Positions 21,101-26,501 of a stretch of 64,000 bases of DNA are shown here, piece after piece. The first letter of the stretch is position 1; every line of letters starts with the position of its first letter. The notes below the pieces were generated by a model. That model was not told the DNA's origin. It searched no databases and saw only the letters and a program-made list of their open reading frames with translations. Both the position numbers and the translations under genes were made by a program. The stretch is from Aquirufa sp. (GTDB lineage Bacteria > Bacteroidota > Bacteroidia > Cytophagales > Spirosomataceae). The DNA lies in NCBI RefSeq assembly GCF_044239315.1, contig NZ_JBIIBQ010000010.1, positions 22,405-86,404 on the forward strand, in the 5' to 3' direction.

Positions 21101-22925
21101 AACCTAGATTTCCTTGGGAATTTGTCCCCCATGACAATAGATTCCCACTCGAATTTAAGGCAATTGTTCCCTCATAGCTAGTTGAGATTGCTGTCCAGTT
21201 TGACAGATTCCCTATTCTTTGAGGAGTACTGTAATTTGTGTAGGAGTTCAAACCTAATTGGCCGGCCCAATTTTCTCCCCAGCTCCATAATGTTCCATCT
21301 GTTTTTAAACCAATTGTGTTAATAAAATTGGCTCCAATGCTTTTCCAATTTAAATCAGTTCCAATTTGGATTGGTGAAAGAATATTATCAGTTGTAGTAT
21401 TAGAAATTGAATTACCCCAATTGGCTCCCCAGGCCCATAAACTGCCATTGGTTTTAATTGCATAAACATTACTAGCAATAGCAAAAATTTTATCCCAGTC
21501 GGTAGCAATTCCAGTTTGAGCGATGGTCAACCTTGAAATAGTGTTTCCCGTACCTAAATAGCCATTTGTATTATCTCCCCAAGTCCAGAGCGTACCATCT
21601 GTTTTTATGGCAGCAAAGCTACCCCAGGTAGCTACTATCGATTTCCAATTTGTTCCAGTGCCGATTTGAATAGGTGTGTTAGTGCTTGCCTTTGTGTTAT
21701 TCCCAAAAATCCCGGAACTATTATTGCCCCAGGCCCACAAGGTTCCATCTAACTTTATTCCGAAAGTGGTCCCATTACTGTTAGGGCATATCTCTTTCCA
21801 TCCAATAGTACTTTCAACTCTTACTGGTGTTTTTTTGAAAGAATCAATTCCCAAACCAAGGAGCCCACTTTGATTTGATCCCCAAATCCAAATGCTTTTG
21901 TCTGATTTTATACCAATAGAGGAATTAAAACCAAGATAAATATTTTCCCAGTTAAGTTCATTGCCGATTTGAGTCGGTACCGTTGTAATTTCCCCCGGTA
22001 GTCTCCCACTTACACCTTGATTGTTGATACCCCATGACCAAATGGAACCATTAGATTTAATTGCCATTGAGCTTAGATACCCTGCTGAAATTCTTTTCCA
22101 ATTATTGTCAGTTCCAATTCTTAGAGGCGTAAGTTGGGAAGATATGTTATACGTACCTATTCCAATTATTGTTATGTTAATACCTCCCCAAGTCCATAAG
22201 CTTCCATCTTGTTTGATTGCTAAAACATGGTTGCTACCAGCCTCTACTATTTTCCAATTTGTATCTGAATTAACTTGAATGGGTACATTAGAATTGTTTG
22301 TAGAATTATTTCCAAAAGTACCACCATTAAAACCCCAAGCCCATAGAGTTCCATTTTGTTTGATAGCGATAGTAGAATTATTTGATAATGTTACGCTAGA
22401 CCAATTAGATTCAGTTCCGAGTTTAGTAGGAACACCTTTATTCACAGTCGTACCATCTCCTAATTCTCCGTTTCCATTGCTGCCCCAATTCCAAAGTGTC
22501 CCGTCTGTTTTTAACCCAACAACAATATTTCCATTAGTGGTGATAAATTTCCAATTATTGTCAGTGCCTACTTGCCCAGGCACTAATCTTTGTATCTCTG
22601 ATGAATTATTATTCCCGAATTTATTTGAATTGTTTAGTCCCCAAGCCCATAAGGTTCCATCTCTTTTAATCCCAAATGATGTATTATTACTTGTTGCTAC
22701 AGAAATCCATTGTGAGTTAGGCACTATATTTACCGGAATATTCCGATTTGTTGTAGTTCCATCTCCTAATTGTCCACTCGAATTATTTCCCCATGCCCAA
22801 AGGCTACCATCTTCTTTAATAAACAAGGTGGTATTACTCTCTGAGGAAGCAATTTGGCCGTTGGAAAGGTAGCTCAGAAATAATATTATGTTTATTAAAA
22901 GGAATAAAGCTTTTTTCATAGTCAA
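12165..22925 (-). CDS. Giant (3,586 aa) secreted RCC1-like repeat protein with Ig-like modules and T9SS C-terminal sorting domain
   Basis: A single uninterrupted ORF. Signal peptide is MTMKKALFLLINIILFLSYLSNGQ. I counted 56 blades of the type DG[ST]LW.WG.N..GQLG.G, as 14 W-x-W-G motifs in each of four blocks. Three Ig-like pairs follow blocks 2-4 (LSYTWSTGATTRSITVTT.GSYSVTVTYPIGD; GVSYQWLNNGVAIPGA). There is a DTDGDGIKDNADKC calcium-binding-type motif, and the C-terminus reads AYPNPTSGKVSIYVPG...GTYVIQVSGSHVNKTLKISKQ. Confidence 0.85.
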   Translation of the reverse strand: MTMKKALFLLINIILFLSYLSNGQIASSESNTTLFIKEDGSLWAWGNNSSGQLGDGTTTNRNIPVNIVPNSQWISVATSNNTSFGIKRDGTLWAWGLNNSNKFGNNNSSEIQRLVPGQVGTDNNWKFITTNGNIVVGLKTDGTLWNWGSNGNGELGDGTTVNKGVPTKLGTESNWSSVTLSNNSTIAIKQNGTLWAWGFNGGTFGNNSTNNSNVPIQVNSDTNWKIVEAGSNHVLAIKQDGSLWTWGGINITIIGIGTYNISSQLTPLRIGTDNNWKRISAGYLSSMAIKSNGSIWSWGINNQGVSGRLPGEITTVPTQIGNELNWENIYLGFNSSIGIKSDKSIWIWGSNQSGLLGLGIDSFKKTPVRVESTIGWKEICPNSNGTTFGIKLDGTLWAWGNNSSGIFGNNTKASTNTPIQIGTGTNWKSIVATWGSFAAIKTDGTLWTWGDNTNGYLGTGNTISRLTIAQTGIATDWDKIFAIASNVYAIKTNGSLWAWGANWGNSISNTTTDNILSPIQIGTDLNWKSIGANFINTIGLKTDGTLWSWGENWAGQLGLNSYTNYSTPQRIGNLSNWTAISTSYEGTIALNSSGNLLSWGTNSQGNLGFDPSTTRQILLPTQISSLNNIRTVASSYNHSGAIKTDGSLYTWGKNDFGNLGNGTVTNNFTGTRVGTETNWDKIYVGPSSSTFAIKSDGSLWSWGNNLDGDLGIGEFGYISTPTQLFAATTTPKPKIFASANSSFQIKADGTLWAWGRNDRGQLGIGNKINQTYATQVGTSTDWLMVATASTFTIGLKKDGTLWGWGQNGVNGLLGIADANTTESLVPIRIGTSNDWKSISVGGNHSIALKSNGTIWAWGFNGNGQLGDGTSTTRISPVQIGSDSDWSEIASSNSTSYAIKNNGNLFAWGNNFSGEIGDGTSGNNRNSPTRVGSSNDWIKIASGYAYAMALKANGTLWGWGYSQYGQLGNSTTYVNPIQIGTDTDWIDISLSAQGSFSFALKANGTLWSAGLNTFGQLGLGNATDNSLFTQVGNSTNWSSVAMGSEHTLALDNQNKLYSWGYNGYSQLGKKTYFNTNIKQVGTDLVWDKAYASISFSGAIKKDGTLWNWGRNQFGQLGDGTVINKENPTLITNSTNWKSVSLGFYHGLALKTDGTLWAWGLNSSGQLGDGTTIQKNSPIQLGISTDWKLTAAGGSSSFALKNNGTLWAWGNNANGQLGNGNNTSSNIPIQIGNNSDWVSISAGNTHTLGLKSNGTLWAWGRNQLGQLGNGTLTQINTPIQIGTSADWIAIQAGGEYSIAQKRDGTIWTWGSNIDGELADGTTINKTSPTQISLNNVTKFSNSSAADHNLIQKSDGTLWSWGANIAGQLGNGTASNNPNPTPTKISIDTDWKEFAVGASHTLATKSDGSLWSWGSNIYGQLGNSNSQFYTPTLAKPIVEITQSSKSTYCTSGTIVLTATEGGLSYTWSTGATTRSITITTSGSYSVTVTYPIGDVSTSTETVVIPAIPSTTLSTTGSMKVNRLEDLKTYKLTVPSATGVSYQWLNNGVAIPGAISNNYVPKKNGTYSVNITNTFGCVSSSVSQTVTYALSETLTPSAVFAGGNSSFIIKPNGTLWAWGSNINGQLGIGNKINQSIAVQVGTASDWKMVASSNLYTIAIKKDGSLWAWGFNGSSGYLGLGDATIAESLVPIRIGVATDWESISVGFNHIIALKTNGTIWSWGYNFDGQLGNGNSTTLLSPTQIGTDTDWASISAGGYSSYAIKNNGSLYAWGQNSSRQLGDGTTVSKNIPTLIGNSTDWGMIKGSNYSVLALKTNGSLWAWGLNSDGQLGNGTLENISEPTQIGTDLNWTNIGLSINHGFALKANGTIWSSGNNFSGQLGQGNTNNSTSFTQIGTSNSWRSLALGTSNSLALGTTYSLALDNLNNLYSWGDNFSGQLGKGNTYIAVPRQVGNDFSWEKVFAGLVHSAAIKKDGSLWMWGRNRYGQLGDGLSATNVDIPKQVGTGKDWKYVSLGGYQTLAIKANGSLWGWGFNSSGQLGDGTIIQRTTPVQIGTATDWKTVSTALTHSVGVKTNGTIWYWGNIASGTFSITSSIPIQIGSASDWTAISAGSNHVLALKSNGTLWAWGLNNFSQLGLGNTTNMSTPTQVGTATDWDYIQAGYNSSLAVKKNGTVWLWGNNVEGGLGDGTNTNKNAPTQLLALNNSIKWPASTLSNHLMTLKSDGSLWLWGNNANGQLGDGSTTNKNIPQRLGTDSDWTDIAAGRDHSLAIKSDGSLWAWGDKYYAQLGDGKSIFYSPTLAKPIVDITSSERKTFCPGSTGGILTASGGGLSYTWSTGATTRSITVTTGGSYSVTVTYPIGDVSTSDPYIVPVLPSTTISTTGSMTVNRLEDLKTYKLTVPSATGVSYQWLNNGVAIPGAIINNYVPKKNGVYSVNVTNTFGCVSSSVSQTITYALSDTLTPAKVFAGSNSSFLIKPNGTLWAWGNNSLGQLGIGNKINQSIAVQVGTANDWKMVATTSSFTIALKKDGSLWGWGQNGSNGYLGLGDATIAESLVPIRIGVATDWESISVGFNHSVALKTNGTIWAWGYNLNGQLGNGNSSTLLSPTQIGTDTDWVSISAGGNSSYAIKSNGQLFAWGQNNQSQLGDGSTINKNTPTQIGNSTDWAIIDSGNNYVFALRTDGTLWGWGNNSYNRFGSTTSSTVLNPTQVGAETNWSNLYIPPSGSVSLAIKSNGTLWAIGFNAYGQLGQGNSGNYSGLTQIGNATNWRSGAVGSNHVLALDKQNNVFSWGYNLSGQLGKGNFSYSTNVRQVGTDLTWDKIYTTTYRSAAIKKDGTLWAWGNNSEGQLGNGSDRNLDVPVQIGTSANWQTLSLGYNHSIALKKDGTLWAWGANNVGQLGDGTTTSKNIHIQIGTTSDWAYVHAAEQTSYGIKKNGTLWAWGANFYGQLGNGNTANSSIPIQIGNNTDWVSISAGWGHAIGLKSNGTIWAWGYNFNGQLGSGNTTNTTIPIQIGNANDWVSIETGSDQSYALKKDGTLWGWGYNLRGQLGDGTNTNKNIPTLININSINKLSLSGLSYHKMLLKTDGSMWAWGSNYYGQLGDGSIIDKNTPTRIGTETDWKEISTGGNHSLALKTDGSLWSWGLNVFGELGDSKAYYYTPTLAKPIVEIVNTGKKVFCPGGSVVLTASDGGLSYTWSTGAKTQSITVNTSGNYNVTVTYPIGDISTSESTTVTMNPSPDVTITTTGSTFVFNLTDTKTYTLKVPVVTGAKYQWSKDGTVITGATTAEYIPQNDGSYTVNVVSPFGCIANSSALVVKYELADTDGDGIKDNADKCNNTTAGAIIDANGCEIFNLPAKNYTIGMGSATCVGSNNGSIQIAFANKNYNYLIKAVGVSSGYSKQFTYNTTETAALNITGLAKDTYSVCIQVLGKEGYEQCFDVIITEPAALKTNSVFNPSSNTLVLNLSGSESYSISVNGVTEKVTGATYSKVLSTGLNKISVSTDLGCQGRLDQEIFISEQAQAYPNPTSGKVSIYVPGSDPSVRVLIYSLEKTILDESRDLDNSRTITYDLSKMDSGTYVIQVSGSHVNKTLKISKQ
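12168..12393 (-). other. T9SS type-A C-terminal sorting domain of the giant protein
   Basis: The last ~75 aa read AYPNPTSGKVSIYVPGSDPSVRVLIYSLEKTILDESRDLDNSRTITYDLSKMDSGTYVIQVSGSHVNKTLKISKQ. Confidence 0.7.
12991..15565 (-). repeat. Intragenic tandem unit C (14 RCC1 blades + Ig-like pair), ~2.58 kb; boundaries approximate
   Basis: The unit begins VFAGSNSSFLIKPNGTLWAWGNNSLGQLGIGNKINQSIAVQVG and ends ...SALVVKYELA. It is colinear with units A and B. Confidence 0.8.
15566..18150 (-). repeat. Intragenic tandem unit B (14 RCC1 blades + Ig-like pair), ~2.59 kb; boundaries approximate
   Basis: The unit begins VFAGGNSSFIIKPNGTLWAWGSNINGQLGIGNKINQSIAVQVG and ends ...SVSQTITYALSDTLTPAK. It is offset 2,589 nt from the next copy. 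Confidence 0.8.
18151..20740 (-). repeat. Intragenic tandem unit A (14 RCC1 blades + Ig-like pair), ~2.59 kb; boundaries approximate
   Basis: The unit begins PKPKIFASANSSFQIKADGTLWAWGRNDRGQLGIGNKINQTYATQVG and ends ...SVSQTVTYALSETLTPSA. Confidence 0.8.
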
Positions 22926-23032
22926 GCAGAATAGGTTTTGACTTTCAAAATAAGAATATCATATATAAAGGAAAAGAATTATTTATTTAACGGTAATTTT
23001 GTTAAGCGCTGAAAGCTTGATAGTTACCAAAT

Positions 23033-23063
23033 AAAAAAGGCTTCCTATCACTAGAAAGCCTTT
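23033..23063 (-). terminator. Rho-independent terminator downstream of tRNA-Arg
   Basis: The minus strand reads AAAGGCTTTCTAGTGATAGGAAGCCTTTTTT. The stem pairs AAGGCTT with AAGCCTT and is followed by a T-run. Confidence 0.6.
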
Positions 23064-23076
23064 GATTTTAATGGAG

Positions 23077-23148
23077 TAGCCCCGGAAGGAATCGAACCTT
23101 CATCTTAGGTACCGGAAACCTACATTCTATCCATTGAACTACGGAGCC
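23077..23148 (-). tRNA. tRNA-Arg (anticodon CCG)
   Basis: Folded by hand. The acceptor stem is GGCTCCG/CGGGGCT and the D arm is GTTC-AATGGATA-GAAT. The anticodon arm is TAGGT-TTCCGGT-ACCTA, giving anticodon CCG with G37. The T arm is GAAGG-TTCGATT-CCTTC and the discriminator is A. CCA is not encoded. Confidence 0.85.
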
Positions 23149-23160
23149 AGGGCTGTAAAA

Positions 23161-23877
23161 TTACGAATACTTCTCTAAAGTCTTGACCAGCACATTGAAA
23201 TCTTTTGGATACGGCGCCTCTACAGTGATAGGGTCGCCATTCAGCAGATTAAAAGATAAGCTATGAGCATGAAGCGCTACGCGGCGCATCACAGACAGTT
23301 CTTCGGTGTCCTTTTTTAAGTGGAAATTGCGTTTTAAATCAGATAGGTAGATCTCGGGTCCTCCATACATCGCGTCTGAAACGATGGGCGCTTTGAGGCA
23401 GGTGAGGTGAATGCGGATTTGGTGCATACGTCCAGTGATAGGCATGCATTCGACCAAAGTATAGCCACGGAATACTTTCAATGTGCGGAACCAGGTTTCG
23501 GCGTGCTTTCCTTTGGCCCGATCAATCACCACCTTTCCATCTTTCAATGGAAGTATGGGCAAATTCACTAAAAATCCATCCCAATCCTGCATTCCCTCTA
23601 CGACCGCATGGTAGCGCTTTGCCGTTTCGCGGTGCTCGAATTGCATGGATATGTGGCGGTATGCCTCTGGGTTTTTGGCAATCACCAAAGCCCCGGAAGT
23701 CTCCTTATCTAAACGGTGACCCACCTGTGCATCCGACGAATATTCCTTTGCTAAACGCAGTATCGCCGGTGCCAAATCATCCTTCCGCTCATCCAGCGTC
23801 GAAATGCCAGAGGGCTTGTTAATCACGATAAAATCAGCATCCTCGAAAAGGATGGAATCGGTAAATTTGTATTTCAT
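23161..23877 (-). CDS. RluA-family pseudouridine synthase
   Basis: It carries the catalytic motif HRLDKETSGALV, an FIVINKPSG N-terminal segment and GRMHQIRIHL. Confidence 0.85.
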   Translation of the reverse strand: MKYKFTDSILFEDADFIVINKPSGISTLDERKDDLAPAILRLAKEYSSDAQVGHRLDKETSGALVIAKNPEAYRHISMQFEHRETAKRYHAVVEGMQDWDGFLVNLPILPLKDGKVVIDRAKGKHAETWFRTLKVFRGYTLVECMPITGRMHQIRIHLTCLKAPIVSDAMYGGPEIYLSDLKRNFHLKKDTEELSVMRRVALHAHSLSFNLLNGDPITVEAPYPKDFNVLVKTLEKYS

Positions 23878-23898
23878 ATGTTTCGCCGCTGTGCGGCG

Positions 23899-23972
23899 CA
23901 GTAATCAGTATCCGGTAATCAGTAGTCAGTAGTCGGTAGTCAGTGGTCAGTAGCCAGTGGTCAGTCACTAGT
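23899..23972. repeat. Heptanucleotide tandem array, CAGTAGT family (~10 degenerate units)
   Basis: The array reads cagtaat cagtat ccggtaat cagtagt cagtagt cggtagt cagtggt cagtagc cagtggt cagtcac. It is intergenic between anmK and the rluA-family gene. Confidence 0.8.
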
Positions 23973-23993
23973 CGAAAGTACGGAGGACAATAT

Positions 23994-24053
23994 TTACCAT
24001 TCACCAGTTATCATTTAAATTCATTCATCATTCACCACTTACCATTCACCATT
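23994..24053. repeat. Degenerate heptanucleotide tandem array, CCATTCA family
   Basis: The array reads ttaccat tcaccag ttatcat ... tcattca tcattca ccactta ccattca ccatttt. Period 7 is kept apart from one 6-nt unit. Confidence 0.6.
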
Positions 24054-24072
24054 TTATAAAAATCTCCGATTT

Positions 24073-25224
24073 TTATAAAGAAATTTTTCCAAAATTTACC
24101 CACGGCGAATCCCCCAACCTCTCCGAACTTGGCGAATCCGCTAACGTCTCATTTGCTAATAAAGCAAATAAAACAGCCTCCTTCGCTGCCGAAGGCATGC
24201 CTAACTCATCACTTTCGCAAACGCGGAAGGGAAGAAGCTCGGCTAAACGCGCCATGATGACCGGGTTTTTGCTTCCGCCACCACTCACATAAACCGTACC
24301 CTCCACAGAAGAGGGAATGTAAGTTTTCATAGCGAGGGCGATGCTTTGGGCGGTGAATTCAGTCAAGGTCGCGATTAAATCAGCTGGGCTGATGGAGCCG
24401 TGGACGATGTCTAAATTAAAATATTCTGGGCCGGTGCTTTTTGGGAAAGAATCCTTGAAAAAGCTCAGGCTCATGAGTTCTGCTAAAATGCCTGTATCGA
24501 TTTTTCCGGAGCGAGCGATGGCGCCATCTTCGTCGTATGCTTGATTGAAATAGCGGCGAACGGCTGCGTCGATCAAGGTATTTCCAGGGCCGGTATCGGT
24601 TACTAAGATGCCAGCTGGATCGCCAGAGGCAGGTAAATAAGTAAAGTTACCGATGCCTCCAATGTTTAATAAGATACGGTTTGCACCTTTTTTCGAGAAC
24701 AAGAAATAGTCGCCAAACATCGCTAAAGGCGCTCCTTCACCGCCGGCTGCTACGTGTTTTTGGCGGAAGTCAGAAAGGGTAATGATGCCGGTTAGGTGGG
24801 CAATATGATCTCCGTCGCCTATTTGCAAGGTCGAGTGTGGGAGTTTTCCGGTTCTATCTGGGCGATGCATGACGGTTTGACCGTGGGAGGCAACTGCGTC
24901 TACATCAGATGGATTAACACCCCAGCCAGCTAAAACCTCTAAAATAAGTGAGGCATGCAAACGTCCAATTTGGGCGTTAAGTGTGGACAGGGTGGGGAAA
25001 TGAATGTTTTCTTTGGCAAAAACCGAACGAATGGACTCCTTAAAATCTGCTGGATAGGGGCGGGTGTCGTAATGCAAAATCTCGTAAGACGTGTCCAGCC
25101 CGAAACCCGTGAAACGAACCAGTGCTAAGTCCAATCCGTCCAAAGACGTACCCGACATCAAACCTAAAATGGTGCGAGTCGGGGCTTTGGCAATCTGATA
25201 CAAACGTTCTATCCTGGGATTCAT
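24073..25224 (-). CDS. anmK: Anhydro-N-acetylmuramic acid kinase
   Basis: The N-terminus ILGLMSGTSLDGLDLALV matches the AnmK signature. The length (383 aa) and later GGG.N motifs also fit. Confidence 0.85.
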   Translation of the reverse strand: MNPRIERLYQIAKAPTRTILGLMSGTSLDGLDLALVRFTGFGLDTSYEILHYDTRPYPADFKESIRSVFAKENIHFPTLSTLNAQIGRLHASLILEVLAGWGVNPSDVDAVASHGQTVMHRPDRTGKLPHSTLQIGDGDHIAHLTGIITLSDFRQKHVAAGGEGAPLAMFGDYFLFSKKGANRILLNIGGIGNFTYLPASGDPAGILVTDTGPGNTLIDAAVRRYFNQAYDEDGAIARSGKIDTGILAELMSLSFFKDSFPKSTGPEYFNLDIVHGSISPADLIATLTEFTAQSIALAMKTYIPSSVEGTVYVSGGGSKNPVIMARLAELLPFRVCESDELGMPSAAKEAVLFALLANETLADSPSSERLGDSPWVNFGKISL

Positions 25225-25266
25225 CCTTCAAAGCTACGAATAATTCTTTTTACCACCGTTTAGCCC

Positions 25267-25274
25267 TATATTTG
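25267..25274 (+). promoter_or_regulatory. Candidate Bacteroidota -7 promoter box (TAnnTTTG) for lhgO
   Basis: TATATTTG lies 19 nt upstream of ATG 25293. No clear -33 TTTG was seen. Confidence 0.4.
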
Positions 25275-25292
25275 TTCTTCAAATTTCATTTT

Positions 25293-26492
25293 ATGGCATT
25301 AGACGTAATCATCGTAGGCGGCGGCATCGTAGGCCTCGCAACGGCGCATCGCTTATTAGAGGCACGCCCAGATCTTCACATCGCTTTGTTTGAGAAAGAA
25401 AGCATGGTTTCGATGCACCAAACAGGTAATAATTCCGGCGTTATCCACTCCGGATTGTATTATAAGCCGGGTTCGTTAAAGGCCAAAAACTGCATCGAAG
25501 GCTACCACCAATTAATTGATTATTGTACTCAGGAGAACATCCCGTTCGAATTAACGGGTAAAGTGGTAGTAGCTTCCACACAGGAGCAGCGTCCGCAATT
25601 GGACACTTTGTTCCAACGAGGTCAAGAAAATGGTTTGGCAGGTATTCGGAAATTGAATTTGGAGGAAATGCGTGAATACGAACCGCACGTGACGGGAGTA
25701 GAAGGGATGTTTGTTCCCCAAACGGGTATTGTGGATTACCGTGCCATGGCAGCAAAATTAGCTGTCGGGGCTCAAATCAAGGGTTGCGAAATTCACCTAG
25801 GAGAACAAGTACTCGATATTAAAAAAGGCTTGACTTTCTCTATCGTAGAAACGACGAAGTCAGTATATGAGGCGAAATTAATTATTAATTGCGCGGGTCT
25901 TTACTCAGATAAAGTGGCCCAAATGACGCAAAGAGATCCATTAGACGTGCGCATCATACCGTTCCGTGGGGAATATTTCAAATTAAGAAAAGACAAAGAA
26001 TACTTAGTCAAGAACCTGATATATCCGGTTCCAGATCCCAACTTCCCTTTCTTAGGCGTTCACTTTACCCGCATGATGAAAGGTGGCGTGGAGGCGGGAC
26101 CTAATGCGGTTTTGGCGTTCAAGAAAGAGGGTTACAAGAAATTAGGGGTTGATGCCAAGGAGCTTTGGGAAACATTAACCTGGCCAGGCTTCCAAAAAGT
26201 AGCCTTGAAATACTGGGAAACGGGTTTAGGCGAAATGTATCGCAGCTTCTCAAAAGAGGCCTTTACGAAGGCTTTGCAAGTATTAATTCCGGAGATTCAA
26301 ATCAACGATTTAGTTGAAGGTGGGGCAGGTGTGAGAGCTCAGGCTTGCGACAGAGAAGGCGGATTATTAGACGATTTCTCGATTGTGGAGGACGCGAAAG
26401 TGATCAATGTGTTGAACGCGCCAAGTCCTGCGGCGACGTCCTCTTTAGCGATTGGAAAAACGATTGCGGAGATGGCTCTGTCACGATTTTAA
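25293..26492 (+). CDS. lhgO: L-2-hydroxyglutarate oxidase (FAD-dependent)
   Basis: Start moved from 25122 to ATG 25293, because the longer form would overlap anmK. MALDVIIVGGGIVGLATAHRLL is the FAD dinucleotide fold. GNNSGVIHSGLYYKPGSLKA is typical of LhgO/YgaF. Confidence 0.8.
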   Translation: MALDVIIVGGGIVGLATAHRLLEARPDLHIALFEKESMVSMHQTGNNSGVIHSGLYYKPGSLKAKNCIEGYHQLIDYCTQENIPFELTGKVVVASTQEQRPQLDTLFQRGQENGLAGIRKLNLEEMREYEPHVTGVEGMFVPQTGIVDYRAMAAKLAVGAQIKGCEIHLGEQVLDIKKGLTFSIVETTKSVYEAKLIINCAGLYSDKVAQMTQRDPLDVRIIPFRGEYFKLRKDKEYLVKNLIYPVPDPNFPFLGVHFTRMMKGGVEAGPNAVLAFKKEGYKKLGVDAKELWETLTWPGFQKVALKYWETGLGEMYRSFSKEAFTKALQVLIPEIQINDLVEGGAGVRAQACDREGGLLDDFSIVEDAKVINVLNAPSPAATSSLAIGKTIAEMALSRF

Positions 26493-26501
26493 AAAACTTA
26501 C

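Noticed and set aside
12358-22872. Many + strand ORFs of 62-197 aa lie inside the giant gene, including 15094..15435, 17734..18024, 20314..20613 and 22279..22872.
   Set aside because: They are antisense to one continuous 3,586-codon ORF with coherent repeat and domain structure. Their Pro/Ser/Leu-rich translations repeat with the same 2.59-kb period. They are by-products of the repetitive codon usage on the sense strand, not genes.
11320-23148. The giant gene plus lipoprotein as a genomic island integrated at tRNA-Arg(CCG).
   Set aside because: There is no integrase, transposase or phage gene. I found no direct repeat of the tRNA 3' end at the distal boundary (11320-11425). The idea remains untested rather than disproved, and a composition analysis would help.
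25122-25292. The long N-terminal extension of lhgO in the track ORF, and the overlapping ORFs 25040..25231 (-) and 26345..26761 (+).
   Set aside because: The extension overlaps the anmK coding region and precedes the FAD-binding fold, which begins at Met 25293. The other two lie out of frame within well-supported genes.
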